Shown one piece after another: positions 61,683 through 64,000 of a stretch of 64,000 bases of DNA. Made by a program: the position numbers and the translations under genes. How positions within the stretch are numbered: the first letter of the stretch is position 1; every line of letters starts with the position of its first letter. The stretch spans positions 4,672,101 through 4,736,100 of the forward strand of contig NC_092677.1 of the NCBI RefSeq assembly GCF_964355755.1. The letters run 5' to 3'. The notes below the pieces were generated by a model. The model was not told the origin of the DNA. It saw only the letters and a program-made list of their open reading frames with translations, and did not search any database. The stretch comes from Antedon mediterranea (Eukaryota > Animalia > Echinodermata).

Positions 61683-64000
61683 CTAAATCTTTCCTCCTGT
61701 TTTCTGAAGAAAAAAAATATAACAATATTGATTATTATCGAGATTAATTGATTTTTAAAACTCAAAACAAATAATAATGTTTTTATGGACTTTGACATTA
61801 TATAAAATATTAATATCAATGCTATTACAAACCAGTGCACATCCTTTTCCTAAACAAAATTAGAGTTCCAAGTTTGTTAATTAGTTTAAATCAGGTCAAA
61901 CGTCTTGTGTGGCGATGTCCGGTAATGTTATGGTGACATACGTTTATTATTGTTCATTTAATATGTTTACTTGTACTTTTGAAATACATACTATTATTGA
62001 AGCAGGCATGACATATCCCTCGTCATCTTCAATATCCGAGTTTGCTGAAACTTTCAATTCTTGGTAGTGATGGTCTTGACATTCTCTCTGTTAATACAAT
62101 AGATGGTATTTATTTAATCAAGTTTAGTTTTTGTGTGAAATAAGAAAATGTAAATGAACTGTAATTATTTGTTGAGTTTAAATTTTGTTACTTGAATTTA
62201 CTCTCCACTTTTGAGATACATACTTCTTTATCAGACGTAGGCCTAACATATTCCTCGTCATCATTGTCAACATCAGTGTTTGCCGAAACTTGTAAATCTT
62301 CATATTGGTGACTTTGACGTTCTATTTCTCTTACTTCTCTCTGTTAAACAATAGAGACGGTATTTTGTAGTAAACATACTTTTAAGGTCAATTTAAACAG
62401 ACGAGCTTAACTTAAATTTTACCCGTATTCCTGTCCTGGATCTTTGTTTATTTGTCGTCCCGGTAACAGCAGACTCCATGGGTTCTTTCTTTAGCCATTT
62501 GTAATCCTCAGAATTTGAAGAAAATTGCAATGCTTGATACTGAGACTTTTGGCACTTGGAAAGGATTTTTTTTATTTGTTTAACCTTATAAAAGAGAAAA
62601 GTAACGATAACTCATAACAAATTACCTCCGCCAAAGTTATATTTTCACCCATGATTGTGTATGTTAATGTGTTTAATTTTCAAATCTCACCAAACTCGGA
62701 GACAAAGATCTACAGGTATGACTAAAAGGTACAAAGTAACATGTTGAAATTGACCTCTGCATTCACCAGCATACACCAACACTCATACATTCAAACAATG
62801 AACAAGCGCTGTATCCCAAATGTATCAAACCACCGTGTGCATAAAAAAATACTAAATGTTATCTTTTCGACCACTACAACCCTAAGTTAAAATATATATT
62901 ATGCATTTTCTATAATCTAATTCTTTCTTGGTTAAATACATTTGATGACATGCTCTTAAGTCAAATTACCTGCGTTACAGTTCTCTAGAATAGCTGTATT
63001 ACTCATTTTTTCATTCTCTGCATAACATGTAAGACTTGACTGACATATCTCATCATTAATGCCCAAGGTTACTGAATTTTCTCCTTTTATAACCAATTCT
63101 CCATCTTGTAAGATCAATATTGTTGTTGAAAGTTTGGGATACCAACCATTTTTAGGTTTAAATGTCACAGTGATATCTAAACAAGTTAGAATAGAAATGT
63201 AGCTTATTAATTGTGGGACAACTCTCTGGAATTGAAAAACAAGTTGTATACCTGCTTGTATTCATTAAAAAACTGCTTATTTAAACCATCATAAAAAGCC
63301 TGATAAAGCTTCGGAAGGCAATTAAAATGTAGACAACCAATGCAAACAAACATTCTGAACCGTTTATCTTTTATCGAAAGCATCAAAAGCTTCGAATCAA
63401 TGCTTAATAGGTTGGCAGGACCAAGGAAGAGTGAAGTTGTAATCACTCTTACCTGGCAAAACATTTTAGGCCTATTGAAGATTGTACATTTACATACGGT
63501 ATATATCCAATTGTTTTTCAACACTTGTTTTAGCATCATCTCCTTTAAACTGATCACTTTCTGCTTTACATGTATATCTCCCACCGTCTTCTTCAGTAGC
63601 TGATTTAATCTTAAGAACTGACACTGTACTGTTATTTGTAATGTTTATATCTAGATGGGTTGATATTTATTCTGCATCCATCTTTATACCACGTTAGGTC
63701 AGGAATAGGGTCTCCATCAGGTTTACTGTATGTAAATGTTACTGTTTCGTTTTTGAAGGTATTGGATGCGGAAGCACGAATAAGAGGTTTCTCTAAGTCT
63801 GAGAAAACAGATGGAAGAGACTACAATATTAGAGATAGTATAATTGGTTGTTTGCCTAATGTCTAGCAGATTGTCTATTTAGTTATTGTGCGCATGATTT
63901 TTATAATCTGTTTAAACCATAAATTATTGTAGGTCTATTTAATGATTTTGGTACTCACAATACACAGTTAGAACAGAGGGATTAGATAAGTGATCTAATC
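61683..64000 (-). pseudogene. IgSF receptor copy 7 (B-type), multiply disrupted; 5' part outside the window
   Basis: I-set Cys to Tyr (TFTYSK), +1 frameshift at ~63644 (stop 63632-63634), in-frame deletion of FATCTAEG in Ig3, complete deletion of the TM exon at 62721/62722, and a 12-bp deletion in tail exon 3. Confidence 0.88.

Larger units (their letters stand above)
36400..64000. repeat. Tandem segmental duplication of a ~10-12 kb two-gene unit, at least 2.4 copies
   Basis: Near-identical intergenic and intronic sequence recurs, e.g. 38640/49240/61572 and 43113/53733. Period differences are largely explained by the insertions at 47897 and 54517. Confidence 0.95.

Noticed and set aside
29061-64000. 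Rearranging V(D)J-type locus or Dscam-style mutually exclusive exon array
   Set aside because: Each V exon includes its own G strand and belongs to a complete gene with its own leader and tail. I saw no heptamer/nonamer RSS at V ends and no separate J segments.
36400-64000. Duplicated units as a haplotype-assembly artefact
   Set aside because: Three versions of the same sequence occur in tandem, each with private insertions, deletions and divergent V exons. True tandem duplication is more likely, though read depth should confirm it.

Overview
AT-rich, intron-rich animal genomic DNA. It is probably a marine invertebrate, possibly an echinoderm, but that is inference from gene content and repeat style. 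Left half: three minisatellite arrays around putative 3' exons of an unidentified gene (1-7.8 kb), a small spliced coiled-coil gene (8.5-10.6 kb, +), CENATAC/CCDC84 (12.0-15.8 kb, +) and a convergent CEP164 (16.5-27.9 kb, -). Right half (29-64 kb, running off the window): a head-to-tail array of at least seven minus-strand immunoglobulin-superfamily receptor genes. Each has signal peptide, V-like domain, I-set domain, short Trp-less Ig-like domain, TM segment and a tail built from phase-0 exons carrying ITAM-like, ITIM-like and YxxP tyrosine motifs. The array has two tail classes (A: copies 1, 4, 6; B: copies 2, 3, 5, 7) and grew by repeated duplication of a ~10-12 kb two-gene unit. The A-slot V domains differ strongly at CDR-equivalent loops while their introns are near-identical. 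The B-type V domains of copies 3 and 5 are nearly invariant, and the extra B copies (5, 7) are decaying. This looks like a diversifying invertebrate immune or allorecognition receptor locus. It sits beside two genes whose human orthologues flank the 11q23.3 CD3/JAML/MPZL Ig cluster. All gene models were spliced by eye, and no database search was possible.
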